Shown here one piece after another: positions 1-9,407 of a stretch of DNA of 22,458 nt. The first letter of the stretch is position 1, and each line of letters starts with the position of its first letter. The notes under the pieces were generated by a model. That model did no database searches. It was given only the letters and a program-made list of their open reading frames with translations, and was not told where the DNA came from. The translations under genes were made by a program, and so were the position numbers. The DNA comes from a bacterium (GTDB lineage Bacteria > Acidobacteriota > Blastocatellia > HR10): NCBI GenBank assembly GCA_041640655.1, contig JBEPZV010000038.1, forward strand, positions 1 to 22,458. The letters are read 5' to 3'.

Positions 1-311
1 GTCCGCGCGCGATCGCGCGACGCATCACGTCGGCGGGGCTTGTGCTCATCGGCCCGCATTCCCCGGCGAGCGCGAGCGATTACGTGCTCGGCACGAATCA
101 CGTCTTGCCGACCGGAGGGACGGCGGCCGCCTATTCCGGCCTCTCGGTGCTCGATTTCCTGAGGCGGGCGACCTACGTCGAATGTGCGCGCCGAAGCCTC
201 CCGCGATTCGTGGGGCCGGTGCGCGCGCTCGCTCTCGCCGAGGGCTTGCCGAATCATTATCGCGCGCTGGAGGAGCGCGTGCGGGGTGATCTGCATCGAG
301 CGATGAGATGA
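1..311 (+). CDS. hisD: Histidinol dehydrogenase, C-terminal part (5' end outside window)
   Basis: Frame open from position 3 (PRAIARRITSAGLVLIG...); HisD motif SASDYVLGTNHVLPTGGTA...SGLSVLDF...LALAEGLPNH; stop overlaps hisC start (ATGA at 308-311). Confidence 0.95.
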   Translation, partial: PRAIARRITSAGLVLIGPHSPASASDYVLGTNHVLPTGGTAAAYSGLSVLDFLRRATYVECARRSLPRFVGPVRALALAEGLPNHYRALEERVRGDLHRAMR

Positions 312-1375
312 GTGCCTGGTGGCAGCGAAGACTCGACGAGTTGGAATCCCTGGAGGGGTATCCGGTCCCCGAGGTCGAGGAGCTCTCCGAAGGGAAGCTC
401 GATGCCAATGAGAACATCTTGCTGCCGAGATCGCTGCTGATGGCGTTGGCACGTCGCGCGGTGGAGGCGCTTGATCCCCGCTTCTATGCGGTCGCGGAGG
501 CGCGGGCGCTCGTGCAGGATCTCGGTCGTCATCTCGGCGTGGAGACCGAACGCATCGTCTTGGGGAGTGGAGGGGATCAGCTCATTGATCTCGTGGCGCG
601 CATGTTCCTGGATGCAGGAACGACGGCGGTCACGATCGCGCCCACGTACTCGTTCTATCGCATCCGCAGCGCGCTAACGGGAGCGCGCGTGATCGAGGTG
701 CCGCTGCGCGAGGATTTCTCTCTCGATCTCGAGGCCCTGCTTCGAGCGGCGCGGGACGCGCGCCTCCTCTTCCTCTGTTCGCCGAACAATCCGACGGGGA
801 ATCAGTTCCCCCTGGAGGAGCTCGAGCAGGTGGCGCGCGAGTTCTCGGGCATCCTCGTCGTGGACGAGGCGTACGTCGAGTTCGCGGACGCCACAGCGCT
901 GCCGCTGCTGGAGCGTTCGGCCAATGTGATTCTTCTCCGGACGTTCTCGAAAGCCTTCGGATTGGCGGGAATGCGGCTCGGTTACCTTCTGGCGCATCCG
1001 CGTCTGAGCCGCATCTTCGCCGAGAAGGTGCAATACCCTTATCCGGTGAACGCCTTCGCGGTGCGGTTGGCGCGCCTGCTCCTGGAGGCGTACGCGGAGG
1101 TGCGCGCCGCTGTTGAGATCGCCAAGCGAGAGCGGGAATGGATGCGAGCGGAGTTGTGCGCTTTGGGCGCGCGCGCCTTTCCCTCGCAGGCGAATTTCAT
1201 CCTCTTCGTGGTGGGCGATCGCGCGTCGGCCGTGTGGCGGCATTTGGCCGCGCATCGCCTGCGGGTGAAATATATCGGCGAGGTGCTCGGTCTTGGGGCC
1301 TGCCTGCGGGTGACGGTCGGCGCGCCGGAGACGAATCGCGCGGTGATCGCGCGGCTTCGGGAGGTCCTCGGATGA
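308..1375 (+). CDS. hisC: Histidinol-phosphate aminotransferase
   Basis: KLDANEN, CSPNNPTG, VVDEAYVEF, PLP-lysine motif LRTFSKAFGLAGMRLGY, LRVTVG; his operon context. Confidence 0.95.
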   Translation: MSAWWQRRLDELESLEGYPVPEVEELSEGKLDANENILLPRSLLMALARRAVEALDPRFYAVAEARALVQDLGRHLGVETERIVLGSGGDQLIDLVARMFLDAGTTAVTIAPTYSFYRIRSALTGARVIEVPLREDFSLDLEALLRAARDARLLFLCSPNNPTGNQFPLEELEQVAREFSGILVVDEAYVEFADATALPLLERSANVILLRTFSKAFGLAGMRLGYLLAHPRLSRIFAEKVQYPYPVNAFAVRLARLLLEAYAEVRAAVEIAKREREWMRAELCALGARAFPSQANFILFVVGDRASAVWRHLAAHRLRVKYIGEVLGLGACLRVTVGAPETNRAVIARLREVLG

Positions 1376-2553
1376 GCTATCGCGAGCGGCGCACGGAGGC
1401 GGGCATCGTGTACATCCGGGACGATTGGGCGTCCGGCGGATCCCGAGCGGACCTCATCCTCTTCGATTGCGATGGCGTTCTGATTGACGTGCGACCGTCG
1501 TATGACGCGGCCATTCGAGAGGCCGTCTCCTACATCGTGAGTAAGCTCGCCGGGCGTCCGGTCACGCGCCCGGTCTCGCGGCGGCTCATCTATCGGTTTC
1601 GGCACAGCGGGGGGTTCAACAACGATTGGGATACGGTGTGCGCCATCCTATGGGGGATCGCCGTCCAGTTGCCGGAGCGATGGGCAGAGGATTTCCTTCG
1701 CGCGGATGAGGATCTCGCGGGTCAGGGGCTTCGCGATGCCGCCGAGCGATTCATGGCCTACGTCAGAGGCTTGCGCCGCCCGAAGACGCTGGAGGAAGTG
1801 CTCGAGCTGCGGCATCCCTTCCCCTCGGCGCCCATGCGGCGTCGGCTTCTGGAGCTGGCCGAGCGCGCCGATAGCTCCGGCCTCCGTTCGGTCGAGCGCA
1901 CGATCCTCGAGCAGTGGGGGGTATCGGGCCTGCGGCGCGAGGCGTTTCGCGCATTCCAGAGGTTCCTCGGCTATCCGGGTGAGCCCGAACAAAGCATAGT
2001 CATTCGGGTGTTCAACGAGTTCTTCTACGGTGCCGCCTATTGTCGCGAGCGATTCGGATGGGAGCCGAGGTTCCATCTGGGACCGGGGGGCATGGAGCAA
2101 GAGCGACCGATCATCACCGAAGCCACGCTCCGGTGGCTGGAGCGGACGTTCGGGCGTGCGCGTCTGGGGATCGTCTCGGGGCGATCGCGCGAATCGGCGC
2201 GTCGGACGCTGGGGGAGCGGCTCGAGGCGTTCAATCCTGAGGCGCTCGTCTTTTTAGAGGACGAATGGAGCGGGGTTCCCGAGGGCGTGGCGATCGGCAA
2301 GCCCGAGCCGTACGGCTTGTGGCGTGCGGTTCGCGCGATGGGAGAATTCCGACGCGCGCTCTATGTCGGGGATTCCGCCGAGGACGCGCTCATGGTCGAG
2401 CGCGCGCGCGATGCGCGGTTCGAGTTCATCGGGGTCTACGGCACGGGATATGGAGCGCGTGAGAAGATCGCCTGGTTTCGTGCTCGACGCGCCGCGGCCA
2501 TTCTCCCGACGGTGAATGAGCTGCCGGAGCTGTTCGACAGACATATCGGGTGA
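1372..2553 (+). CDS. HAD-superfamily hydrolase with large cap insertion; candidate histidinol-phosphate phosphatase
   Basis: Start re-called at ATG 1372 (ATGA overlap with hisC stop). HAD motifs: I FDCDGVLID, II IVSGRS, III KPEP, IV YVGDSAED. Lies between hisC and a monofunctional hisB. Confidence 0.85.
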   Translation: MSYRERRTEAGIVYIRDDWASGGSRADLILFDCDGVLIDVRPSYDAAIREAVSYIVSKLAGRPVTRPVSRRLIYRFRHSGGFNNDWDTVCAILWGIAVQLPERWAEDFLRADEDLAGQGLRDAAERFMAYVRGLRRPKTLEEVLELRHPFPSAPMRRRLLELAERADSSGLRSVERTILEQWGVSGLRREAFRAFQRFLGYPGEPEQSIVIRVFNEFFYGAAYCRERFGWEPRFHLGPGGMEQERPIITEATLRWLERTFGRARLGIVSGRSRESARRTLGERLEAFNPEALVFLEDEWSGVPEGVAIGKPEPYGLWRAVRAMGEFRRALYVGDSAEDALMVERARDARFEFIGVYGTGYGAREKIAWFRARRAAAILPTVNELPELFDRHIG

Positions 2554-2571
2554 GGGCTGGGAGGCGGAGCT

Positions 2572-3150
2572 ATGGAGAGATGCGCTCGCGTGCAGCGCAC
2601 GACGCGCGAGACGAACATTCTGGTCGAGGTTCGCCTCGATGGGCAGGGGCGCGCCGTCGTGGAGATGCGTGTGGCGTTCCTCAAACATCTGATCGAGGTG
2701 CTCAGCCACCACAGCTTGATGGACGTGACAATCAGGGCTGAGGGAGACTTGATCCACCATCTGGTGGAGGATACGGCGCTCGCGCTCGGCGCGGCCATGA
2801 ATCAGGCGCTCGGAGAGCGGACGGGCATCATGCGTTTCGGATCGGCGCTCGTCCCCCTGGATGAGGCGCTGGCGTGGGCGAGCGTGGATCTGGCGCGTCG
2901 TCCGTTCAGCGTCACCGATCTCAAGCTCCAGCGGGAGATGATCGAGGATCTGCCGCGTGAGGACATCGCACATTTCCTGCGCTCTCTGGCGACGGCGATG
3001 GAGGCGTGCGTGCACATCGTCGTGCAGTACGGGGAGAACGATCATCACAAGATCGAGGCGGGCGTGAAGGCGCTTGCGCTCGCGCTGCGCACGGCCATGA
3101 GCCCGGATCCCCGACGATCAGGCGTGCCGAGTTCCAAGGGGGTGATCTGA
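2572..3150 (+). CDS. hisB: Imidazoleglycerol-phosphate dehydratase (monofunctional)
   Basis: RTTRETNI, HHLVED, PLDEAL, NDHHKIEA, VPSSKG; RBS GGAGG upstream. Confidence 0.96.
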   Translation: MERCARVQRTTRETNILVEVRLDGQGRAVVEMRVAFLKHLIEVLSHHSLMDVTIRAEGDLIHHLVEDTALALGAAMNQALGERTGIMRFGSALVPLDEALAWASVDLARRPFSVTDLKLQREMIEDLPREDIAHFLRSLATAMEACVHIVVQYGENDHHKIEAGVKALALALRTAMSPDPRRSGVPSSKGVI

Positions 3151-3152
3151 CC

Positions 3153-3767
3153 GTGCGCGTTCTCATCCTCGATTACGGCGTCGGGAATCTGTTCAGCCTG
3201 CGGGCGGCTTTGGAGCGCGAGGGGGTGGACCCGATCGTATCGGCCGACCTGCCCTCGACCGAGGACGTGGCGGCCCTCATCCTCCCCGGGGTGGGACACT
3301 TCACGCCGGTGGCCGATCGGCTCCGAGGACTTCGAGAGCGCTTGCAACGGATGATCGAAAGGGGGACGCCGATTCTCGGCATTTGTCTGGGGATGCAGGT
3401 GCTCTTTGAGGAGAGCGAGGAAGGCGCGGGGCAGGGCCTCGGTTTCTTCAGCGGGCGGGTCGTGCGCTTGCCGGACTCGGTGAAGGTTCCCCATATCGGG
3501 TGGAACGCGCTGCGCCTGCGGCAGCGCCATCGCGTGCTCGAGGGGATCGAGGACGGGGCGTGGGTGTACTTCGTGCATTCGTATCATCCGCAGCCGATGG
3601 ATCCGGGGATCGTCCTCGCGGAGGCAGAATACGGTCGGCCGTTTCCGGCGATCGTGGCGCGCGGCGCGCTCTTTGGGACGCAGTTTCACCCGGAGAAATC
3701 GGGATCGGTCGGACGGCGCGTGTTGCGCAACTTCCTGGCTCTGGTGAGAGAGCGATGGACATCTTAG
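3153..3767 (+). CDS. hisH: Imidazole glycerol phosphate synthase, glutamine amidotransferase subunit
   Basis: Start re-called at GTG 3153; DYGVGNL, LPGVGHF, LGICLGMQ, VPHIGWN, YFVHSY, QFHPEKSG. Confidence 0.96.
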   Translation: MRVLILDYGVGNLFSLRAALEREGVDPIVSADLPSTEDVAALILPGVGHFTPVADRLRGLRERLQRMIERGTPILGICLGMQVLFEESEEGAGQGLGFFSGRVVRLPDSVKVPHIGWNALRLRQRHRVLEGIEDGAWVYFVHSYHPQPMDPGIVLAEAEYGRPFPAIVARGALFGTQFHPEKSGSVGRRVLRNFLALVRERWTS

Positions 3768-4522
3768 CGGCCGTGGATCTCTTCACGGGGAAAGTCGTGC
3801 GCTTGACGCGCGGGCAGATCGCCACGGCGAAGGTCTACAGCACCGATCCGATGGCCGTGGCCCGGCAGTGGCAAGATCAAGGGGCCGACGCGCTGCATCT
3901 GGTGGATCTGGATGCGGCCTTGGGCGTGGGGTCCAATTTCCCCACGATCCTCCGCCTCGTGAAGGAAGCGACGATTCCTGTTCAACTCGGAGGGGGGATT
4001 CGCAGCGAGCGCGCGGCGCGAGAGTGGTTGGAGCGGGGCGTCGCGCGCATCGTCCTGGGGACGCTGGCCCTGCGAGATCCCTCTTGCATCGAGCGATTGG
4101 TCGAGGCGTTCGGGCCGGAGCGGATCGTCGTCGCGCTCGATTTCTCGCAGAAGAGCGTCGTGATGGAAGGATGGACGCAACCGACTGCGCTCACGGTCGA
4201 GGAGGCGTTCACGCGATTTCGGGACCTCGGTGTCCGGCAATTCCTGGTGACGGCCGTCGAGCGCGATGGAACCTTGAGTGGCCCGGACGTCCGCATCTAC
4301 GCGCATCTGTGTGCCACCACGGGCGTCCGCGTCTTCGCCAGCGGGGGCATCAGCACTGTGGCCGATGTCCTCGAGCTGGAGCGCGCGGGTGTCTCTGGCG
4401 TGGTGATCGGCAAGGCGCTCTATGAGGGGCGGATGACGCTCGCCGAGATTCGTCGGGCGCTCATCGAGGCGAGCCGGGGCGATGCTTTGACGTCAGATGC
4501 CGCTCCCTTCTCGACACAGTGA
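3755..4522 (+). CDS. hisA: ProFAR isomerase
   Basis: Start re-called at ATG 3755; AVDLFTGKVVRL, LHLVDLDAA, QLGGGIRS, RDGTLSGPD, ASGGIS, GKALYEG. Confidence 0.95.
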   Translation: MDILAAVDLFTGKVVRLTRGQIATAKVYSTDPMAVARQWQDQGADALHLVDLDAALGVGSNFPTILRLVKEATIPVQLGGGIRSERAAREWLERGVARIVLGTLALRDPSCIERLVEAFGPERIVVALDFSQKSVVMEGWTQPTALTVEEAFTRFRDLGVRQFLVTAVERDGTLSGPDVRIYAHLCATTGVRVFASGGISTVADVLELERAGVSGVVIGKALYEGRMTLAEIRRALIEASRGDALTSDAAPFSTQ

Positions 4523-4534
4523 GGGGGGGTACGC

Positions 4535-5305
4535 ATGGGACTGACCAAGCGGATCATCCCGTGCTTGGATGTCGATCAAGGACGGGTTCGAAAAGGAACC
4601 CACTTTCTCTCCCTGCGCGATGCCGGGGATCCGGTGGCGCTCGCCGCTCGCTACCGAGATGAGGGCGCCGATGAATTGGTCTTCCTGGACATCACGGCAT
4701 CGGTCGAAGGGCGGCGGACCGTGCGCAGTTGGGTGGAGCGCGTGGCGCGCACGCTCGATATCCCCTTCACCGTCGGCGGGGGGATTCGCACCGTGGAGGA
4801 AGCGCGCGCCATTCTCTGCAGCGGTGCGGATAAGATCTCCGTGAACACGGCGGCGGTGGAGCGTCCCGAGCTCATTCGCGAGTTGAGCGAGATGTTCGGA
4901 CGGCAATGCGTCGTCGTCGCCATTGACGCGCGGCGACGCGCGGATGGCGAGCGCCTCTGGTTCGAGGTCTATTCGCATGGAGGAAGACGGCCGACGGGAC
5001 GCGATGCGATCGCCTGGGCGCAGGAGGCGGAAGCGCTCGGGGCTGGGGAGATCCTGCTGACCTCCATTGACCGAGATGGGACCGAAGCCGGGTACGATCT
5101 GGACCTGACACGCGCCGTCGCCGAGCGCGTGCGCATCCCCGTGATCGCCAGCGGCGGATGCGGACGTCCCGAGCATATTCTCGACGTCCTGACCCTCGGC
5201 GGGGCCGACGCCGCGCTCGCGGCCTCCATCTTCCACTATGACAAGTATCCCCTTCCACAAGTGAAGCGGTTCCTCCGCGAGCGGGGGATCGAGGTGAGGT
5301 TATGA
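4535..5305 (+). CDS. hisF: Imidazole glycerol phosphate synthase, cyclase subunit
   Basis: [58 protein letters not shown]. Confidence 0.97.
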   Translation: MGLTKRIIPCLDVDQGRVRKGTHFLSLRDAGDPVALAARYRDEGADELVFLDITASVEGRRTVRSWVERVARTLDIPFTVGGGIRTVEEARAILCSGADKISVNTAAVERPELIRELSEMFGRQCVVVAIDARRRADGERLWFEVYSHGGRRPTGRDAIAWAQEAEALGAGEILLTSIDRDGTEAGYDLDLTRAVAERVRIPVIASGGCGRPEHILDVLTLGGADAALAASIFHYDKYPLPQVKRFLRERGIEVRL

Positions 5306-5661
5306 GTGGAGTCGCGCTCGAGGAGCTGGATTTTCGGAGATCCGGCGGGCTCGTGCCCGTCGTTGTGCAAGACGCCGTGACGCGCGAGGTGCTCATGGTG
5401 GCTTTCGCCAACCGCGAGGCCATCCTCGAGACGCTGCGCACCGGGTACGCGCATTACTTCAGTCGTTCTCGCGGCCAACTGTGGAAGAAGGGGGAGACCT
5501 CCGGCCACGTCCAACGCGTCCGCGAGATCCTCGTGGATTGCGATCGGGATACGGTGCTCTACCTTGTGGAGCAAGAGGGCGTGGCGTGTCATCGGGGAAC
5601 GCGCTCCTGTTTCACCGAACCGCTCATTGGTGACGCTCCGCGCGACGCCACTCCTCCTTGA
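5302..5661 (+). CDS. hisI: Phosphoribosyl-AMP cyclohydrolase (stand-alone, no HisE fusion)
   Basis: [44 protein letters not shown] overlap with hisF stop. Confidence 0.96.
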   Translation: MSGVALEELDFRRSGGLVPVVVQDAVTREVLMVAFANREAILETLRTGYAHYFSRSRGQLWKKGETSGHVQRVREILVDCDRDTVLYLVEQEGVACHRGTRSCFTEPLIGDAPRDATPP

Positions 5662-5686
5662 CACCCGACCGGTGGCGAGGCACAAT
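5658..5686 (+). promoter_or_regulatory. sigma70-type promoter for the tRNA gene
   Basis: TTGACA (5658-5663), 17-nt spacer, CACAAT (5681-5686), 13 nt upstream of tRNA base 1. Confidence 0.8.
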
Positions 5687-5699
5687 CATCCCCAGGTGT

Positions 5700-5772
5700 G
5701 GGCCCTTAGCTCAACCGGCAGAGCAGCGGACTCATAATCCGTCGGTTCCAGGTTCGAGTCCTGGAGGGCCCA
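5700..5772 (+). tRNA. tRNA with CAT anticodon, most likely tRNA-Ile2 (lysidine-modified); CCA not encoded
   Basis: Acceptor stem GGGCCCT/AGGGCCC, D arm TAGCTCAA..GGCAGAGC, anticodon arm GCGGA-CTCATAA-TCCGT (CAT 5733-5735), T arm CCAGG-TTCGAGT-CCTGG, discriminator A. Paired G1-C72 excludes initiator Met; C4/C5 acceptor pairs are Ile2-like. Confidence 0.93.
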
Positions 5773-5805
5773 GGCGCTTTCGCTTCAGCTCCGATCTGGC
5801 GCGCG

Positions 5806-6546
5806 TCATTTCGGGGAAGACGGTCCCGAGGCGGCGGGCGACCGATACGGGGGGTACAGAATGATCTCGGCCGTGCGTCGGGCTTCGTCGAGCCAGGCGA
5901 TCATCTCCGACTTCACCTTCTCATTGCGGAGGATCTGCTCGATGAGCGAGCGGACCTGTTCGAGCGGGGGAGGTGCTGTCCCGCGACGTCGCGCCTCCGG
6001 GACCACGCGATTCTCGTAGTACCATTGAACTTCCGGCTCGCTCACGAAGACGAAGGCGCGGAATCGGAAGTCAATGAAACGCAGGACCTCCACCCGATGG
6101 CGCGCGATCGCGCGCAGCGTCGTCTCATCCAGCCCGGCGGCCGTCAGGCGCCGCGCGAACGCGCGCTCGGACGGGAAGCGCGCGCGCAGCTCGGTCAGAT
6201 ACCGCTCGATCTCCTCCTCGGTGATGGCGATGCTCGGCAGTTTCTCGGCCTCTTGATGCAGGAGCATCTGATCGATGAGCTGCTGAAGCGCGCGGGATTT
6301 CACCTCTTCGGCATATTCACCTTCGGGCGTCTCCGGGTCCAGGGCGAGAGACCAGCGAATGTCGCTCTCGGTGATCACCCGACCGTTGACGACGGCAGCG
6401 ATGCGATCCAGCAGGATCGCTTGGGCGAAGACGGACGACACGAGGGCGCCCATGCCCACCCACACGATGTATCGGAGGGCGGACCCGATCCATCCCGTGC
6501 TTCCATAGGATGGGGCATGCGGACCGAAACGACGTGAGCCTCTCAT
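5806..6546 (-). CDS. SurA N-terminal-domain periplasmic chaperone-like protein lacking a parvulin domain
   Basis: Hydrophobic signal-like segment ending VFA-QA, then LLDRIAAVVNGRVITESDI, LQQLIDQMLLHQEAEKL, VSEPEVQWYY, WLDEARRTAEI; directly downstream of the Omp85 gene. Start codon uncertain. Confidence 0.8.
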   Translation of the reverse strand: MRGSRRFGPHAPSYGSTGWIGSALRYIVWVGMGALVSSVFAQAILLDRIAAVVNGRVITESDIRWSLALDPETPEGEYAEEVKSRALQQLIDQMLLHQEAEKLPSIAITEEEIERYLTELRARFPSERAFARRLTAAGLDETTLRAIARHRVEVLRFIDFRFRAFVFVSEPEVQWYYENRVVPEARRRGTAPPPLEQVRSLIEQILRNEKVKSEMIAWLDEARRTAEIILYPPYRSPAASGPSSPK

Positions 6547-6557
6547 CGCCTGCCGCT

Positions 6558-9392
6558 TCAGAAGGGATTCCCGAACGTGATGTGGAGCTGCGTGCGCGGG
6601 ACGCCCGCGACGCGCTTGACCAGGGCCCCGAAGTCGAGGCGAAGGGGGCCAAGCGGCGTCCTGATGCGAAGCCCGAAGCCGAGCGTATGCGTGAGATCGC
6701 GCGGGCGGATGTCGGAGATGCGCGCGAAGACGTTACCACCATCGTAGAAGATCGCGCCGCCCAGGCGCAGACGGCGGAGCAGCGGAAAGCGAAGCTCCGC
6801 GTTCGCGATGAGCAGGGCATTTCCCCCGAGAGGACGCGTCCGACCCGGGCGATGGGGATCGGCCGCGCGTGGCCCCGCCTGCTCGAATCCGAAGCCGCGG
6901 AGCGTCGTCGAGCCACCGGCGAAGAACCGTTCGCTGATGGGGATCGTCGCCGAGCGTCCATAGGGGTGCGCCAGTCCCAGGCGCACGTTCGAGGCGAAGA
7001 TGACATCCGTTCCCGGGACGATCCGATACATGCGTTGATGTTCGCCGAAGAAGCGGATGAAGTTCTCACTCCCGCCCAGGAAGCGAGAGATGAAGGAGAG
7101 ATCGAGCGTCGTGAACGTCCCGTGCGTGGGGTCGAAGGGGTTGTCGCGCGCATCGCGCACGAAAGAGGCGGAGAGCCGACCGAGCTGCACGGTGGTGTCC
7201 TCCCGGCGCAGCTCCTCGGGCTCGGTCACGTTGGAGATGATCACGTTGCTGAACGTGTAGCGGAAGAGCAGGGAGCTTCTGGGCCCAAGAGGTCGCTCCA
7301 CCTGAGCGAGCACGGTGAGGCGACTGGCGTCGAACGCGACCTCCTCCTGCCGTTGGAAGAGGAGGGAGGCGAGCCCGGAGAGTTCCGTGCCGAAGAGCTT
7401 CGGATCGGTGAACGAAAGCTGTCCGGTCTGTTCGCGACGGCTCGCGCGAAGGCGAAAGGCTGCTGTGCGCAGCTGGCCGAGGAAGTTCGCGTTCGAGAGT
7501 TCGACGAGTCCGCGCGGCCCATCGTCGGTGCGAAAGCCGAAGCCATACGTCAATTGAGAGCGCGGCGCCTCATCCACCTCGACGCGCACGTCCCGAACGG
7601 TCTCCGACTCGGGATTGGCCTCGACGGGCTCGGCAGTGATGGAGACGCGGCGAAAGGCGCCGGTGCCGTAGAGCCGTTCCTCACTGCGCGCGAGCTCGGC
7701 GGGACGCAGGACGTCCCCCTCACGAAAGCTCAGGTATCGCGCGATCGCCCGATCGCGGGTGAGCCGGTTCCCGCGAATGCGGATGGTGCCGATCCGAAAC
7801 TGCTTTCCCTCCTGAATGCGGAACGTCACGGTGACGCGATGCGCCTCATCCTCTTGGACGAGGGGGGTGATCGTCGCCTCGACATAACCGCGATCGGCAT
7901 ACAGCTCGGCCAGTCGCGAGACGGCTTCCCGCACGTGCGCTTCGACGAAGGGAGTGCCTGGCTGCAGTCCGCTGGCGCGCACGAGGTCCTCCGGGGGAAG
8001 CGCGCGCGCGCCCTCCATATGTACTCGGGAGAGCATCAACCGCGGCCCTTCTTCGACGACGTAGATGATGATGAGGTCATCCTTCTTCAGGCCGATGGCC
8101 AGGCGCGCAGCGACCACGCGAGCGTGCGCATATCCTCGCTCGCGCAAGGCCTCGACGATCGCGCGTTGATCGCGTTGCATGAGCTGGCGGCTGGTGAGGC
8201 CGCGCCCCCATCTCCCACCGAGGAGCGACCCCAGGCGCGGTCGGATCTGTTCGAGCGTGAGCGCGGAGGTCCCCTCCAGGCGAATCGCTCGAAGGGCGTA
8301 TCGCCGACCGCGCTCGACCGTATAGCGGAGGTGGACGCGGCCGTTCTCTTCCGTGCGCGTCACTTTCGCTTCGGCGAAGAAATATCCTTGGCGCTGGACG
8401 TGATCGAGCACATTCAACCGTCCCTCTTCCACCGTCGCGTCATCGAGCCCACCCTGGCGGAGGATCGGCAAAAGTTGCCGTCGCTCCTCCATCGAGAGAG
8501 AGACGCCTTCGACTTCGACATCAACCAAAGGGCCGGACTCGACCGCGATCTCCACGATCACGGCGTTCTCCTCCTCAGCGCGCTCCAGGCGCGGCGGCGC
8601 GATGCGCGGCGCCAAGTATCCGTGCCGAAGATGCAGCTCGCGAATACGCTGCAAATCCCCCTGCAGGCGCAGGGCATCGAAGGGCGCGCCCGGCTTGCTC
8701 TCCAGGCGAGCGAGCAGCTCCTTTCGGTCCAGCTTCACATCGCCGGTGAGGCGCACCTCGGCTAAGCGCGCAGGGGGGCCGGGGACGACGCGGAACAGCA
8801 GATGTGCCGTCCGTCCATCGTCCGTGAGCGTCACCTGTGGCGTGACCTCGCACGCGAAGAAGCCGAGGCCGTGATAGAATTCGACGATCTCATCAGCCGC
8901 GCGGGCGAGCACGGCTTCGGTGAAGCGCGCGCCCGGCGTCAGGGCGCCGAGGCGCAGTGAGAGGCGCGATTGCGTTTCGGGATCCACGCCTTGAAAGCTC
9001 ACGCGCCCGATGCGCGGCTGTGGGGTGAGGCGAAACCTCAGGCGAACGCCCGTCGGTGCCTCCTCCGCTTCGACGAGGACATTCGAGGCCAACGCCGATT
9101 CGTAAAGCGCGAGGATCGCGCGCCGCACATCCGCGAGGCGAAGCGGATCGCCCACTCGCAATGGGATCGCCCGCGCGAATTCATCCTGAGGATCAACGAT
9201 GGGTTTCTCGTTCACGAGGATCTCGATGTGGGCGATGGGCTTCCCGTGTACCGAGGCGAATGTCAGGCGTTCGCCTTGAGCGCGAAGGCCGCCGGGCCAC
9301 AGCAGCGCGAGCGTGAAGCCGAGAAGGAGTGAGCGCGCGCGAAGCGGCCGGAGATACGCCCTGCCTATCCCATCAGCGGCCGATCGCTTCAT
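6558..9392 (-). CDS. Omp85-family (TamA/BamA-like) outer-membrane insertase with multiple POTRA domains
   Basis: Signal peptide; repeated POTRA signatures (GFFACEV, GYLAPRI, GYFFAEA, GYAHARV, GYVEATI, GNRLTRD); barrel motif ERFFAGGSTTLRGF, TPLGPLRLDFG, terminal Phe. ATG 9392 (RBS-like AAGGTGG) preferred over GTG 9401. Confidence 0.9.
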   Translation of the reverse strand: MKRSAADGIGRAYLRPLRARSLLLGFTLALLWPGGLRAQGERLTFASVHGKPIAHIEILVNEKPIVDPQDEFARAIPLRVGDPLRLADVRRAILALYESALASNVLVEAEEAPTGVRLRFRLTPQPRIGRVSFQGVDPETQSRLSLRLGALTPGARFTEAVLARAADEIVEFYHGLGFFACEVTPQVTLTDDGRTAHLLFRVVPGPPARLAEVRLTGDVKLDRKELLARLESKPGAPFDALRLQGDLQRIRELHLRHGYLAPRIAPPRLERAEEENAVIVEIAVESGPLVDVEVEGVSLSMEERRQLLPILRQGGLDDATVEEGRLNVLDHVQRQGYFFAEAKVTRTEENGRVHLRYTVERGRRYALRAIRLEGTSALTLEQIRPRLGSLLGGRWGRGLTSRQLMQRDQRAIVEALRERGYAHARVVAARLAIGLKKDDLIIIYVVEEGPRLMLSRVHMEGARALPPEDLVRASGLQPGTPFVEAHVREAVSRLAELYADRGYVEATITPLVQEDEAHRVTVTFRIQEGKQFRIGTIRIRGNRLTRDRAIARYLSFREGDVLRPAELARSEERLYGTGAFRRVSITAEPVEANPESETVRDVRVEVDEAPRSQLTYGFGFRTDDGPRGLVELSNANFLGQLRTAAFRLRASRREQTGQLSFTDPKLFGTELSGLASLLFQRQEEVAFDASRLTVLAQVERPLGPRSSLLFRYTFSNVIISNVTEPEELRREDTTVQLGRLSASFVRDARDNPFDPTHGTFTTLDLSFISRFLGGSENFIRFFGEHQRMYRIVPGTDVIFASNVRLGLAHPYGRSATIPISERFFAGGSTTLRGFGFEQAGPRAADPHRPGRTRPLGGNALLIANAELRFPLLRRLRLGGAIFYDGGNVFARISDIRPRDLTHTLGFGLRIRTPLGPLRLDFGALVKRVAGVPRTQLHITFGNPF

Positions 9393-9407
9393 GAGACCCA
9401 CCTTTGC

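Noticed and set aside
1138..1371. ORF-track N-terminal extensions (also 3006-3152, 3500-3754, 14988-15185, 17959-17988)
   Set aside because: They overlap upstream genes or lack an RBS; homology and coupled start/stop codons point to the downstream starts.
5700..5772. tRNA-Met assignment, or tRNA as an integration site
   Set aside because: No initiator features and the acceptor stem is Ile2-like (elongator Met not fully excluded); no duplicated tRNA 3' end or integrase seen in the window.
5658..5864. 68-aa ORF after hisI
   Set aside because: It is a translation of the tRNA gene and its promoter.
6510..8765. 751-aa plus-strand ORF
   Set aside because: Antisense shadow of the Omp85 gene in GC-rich DNA; no recognisable motifs.
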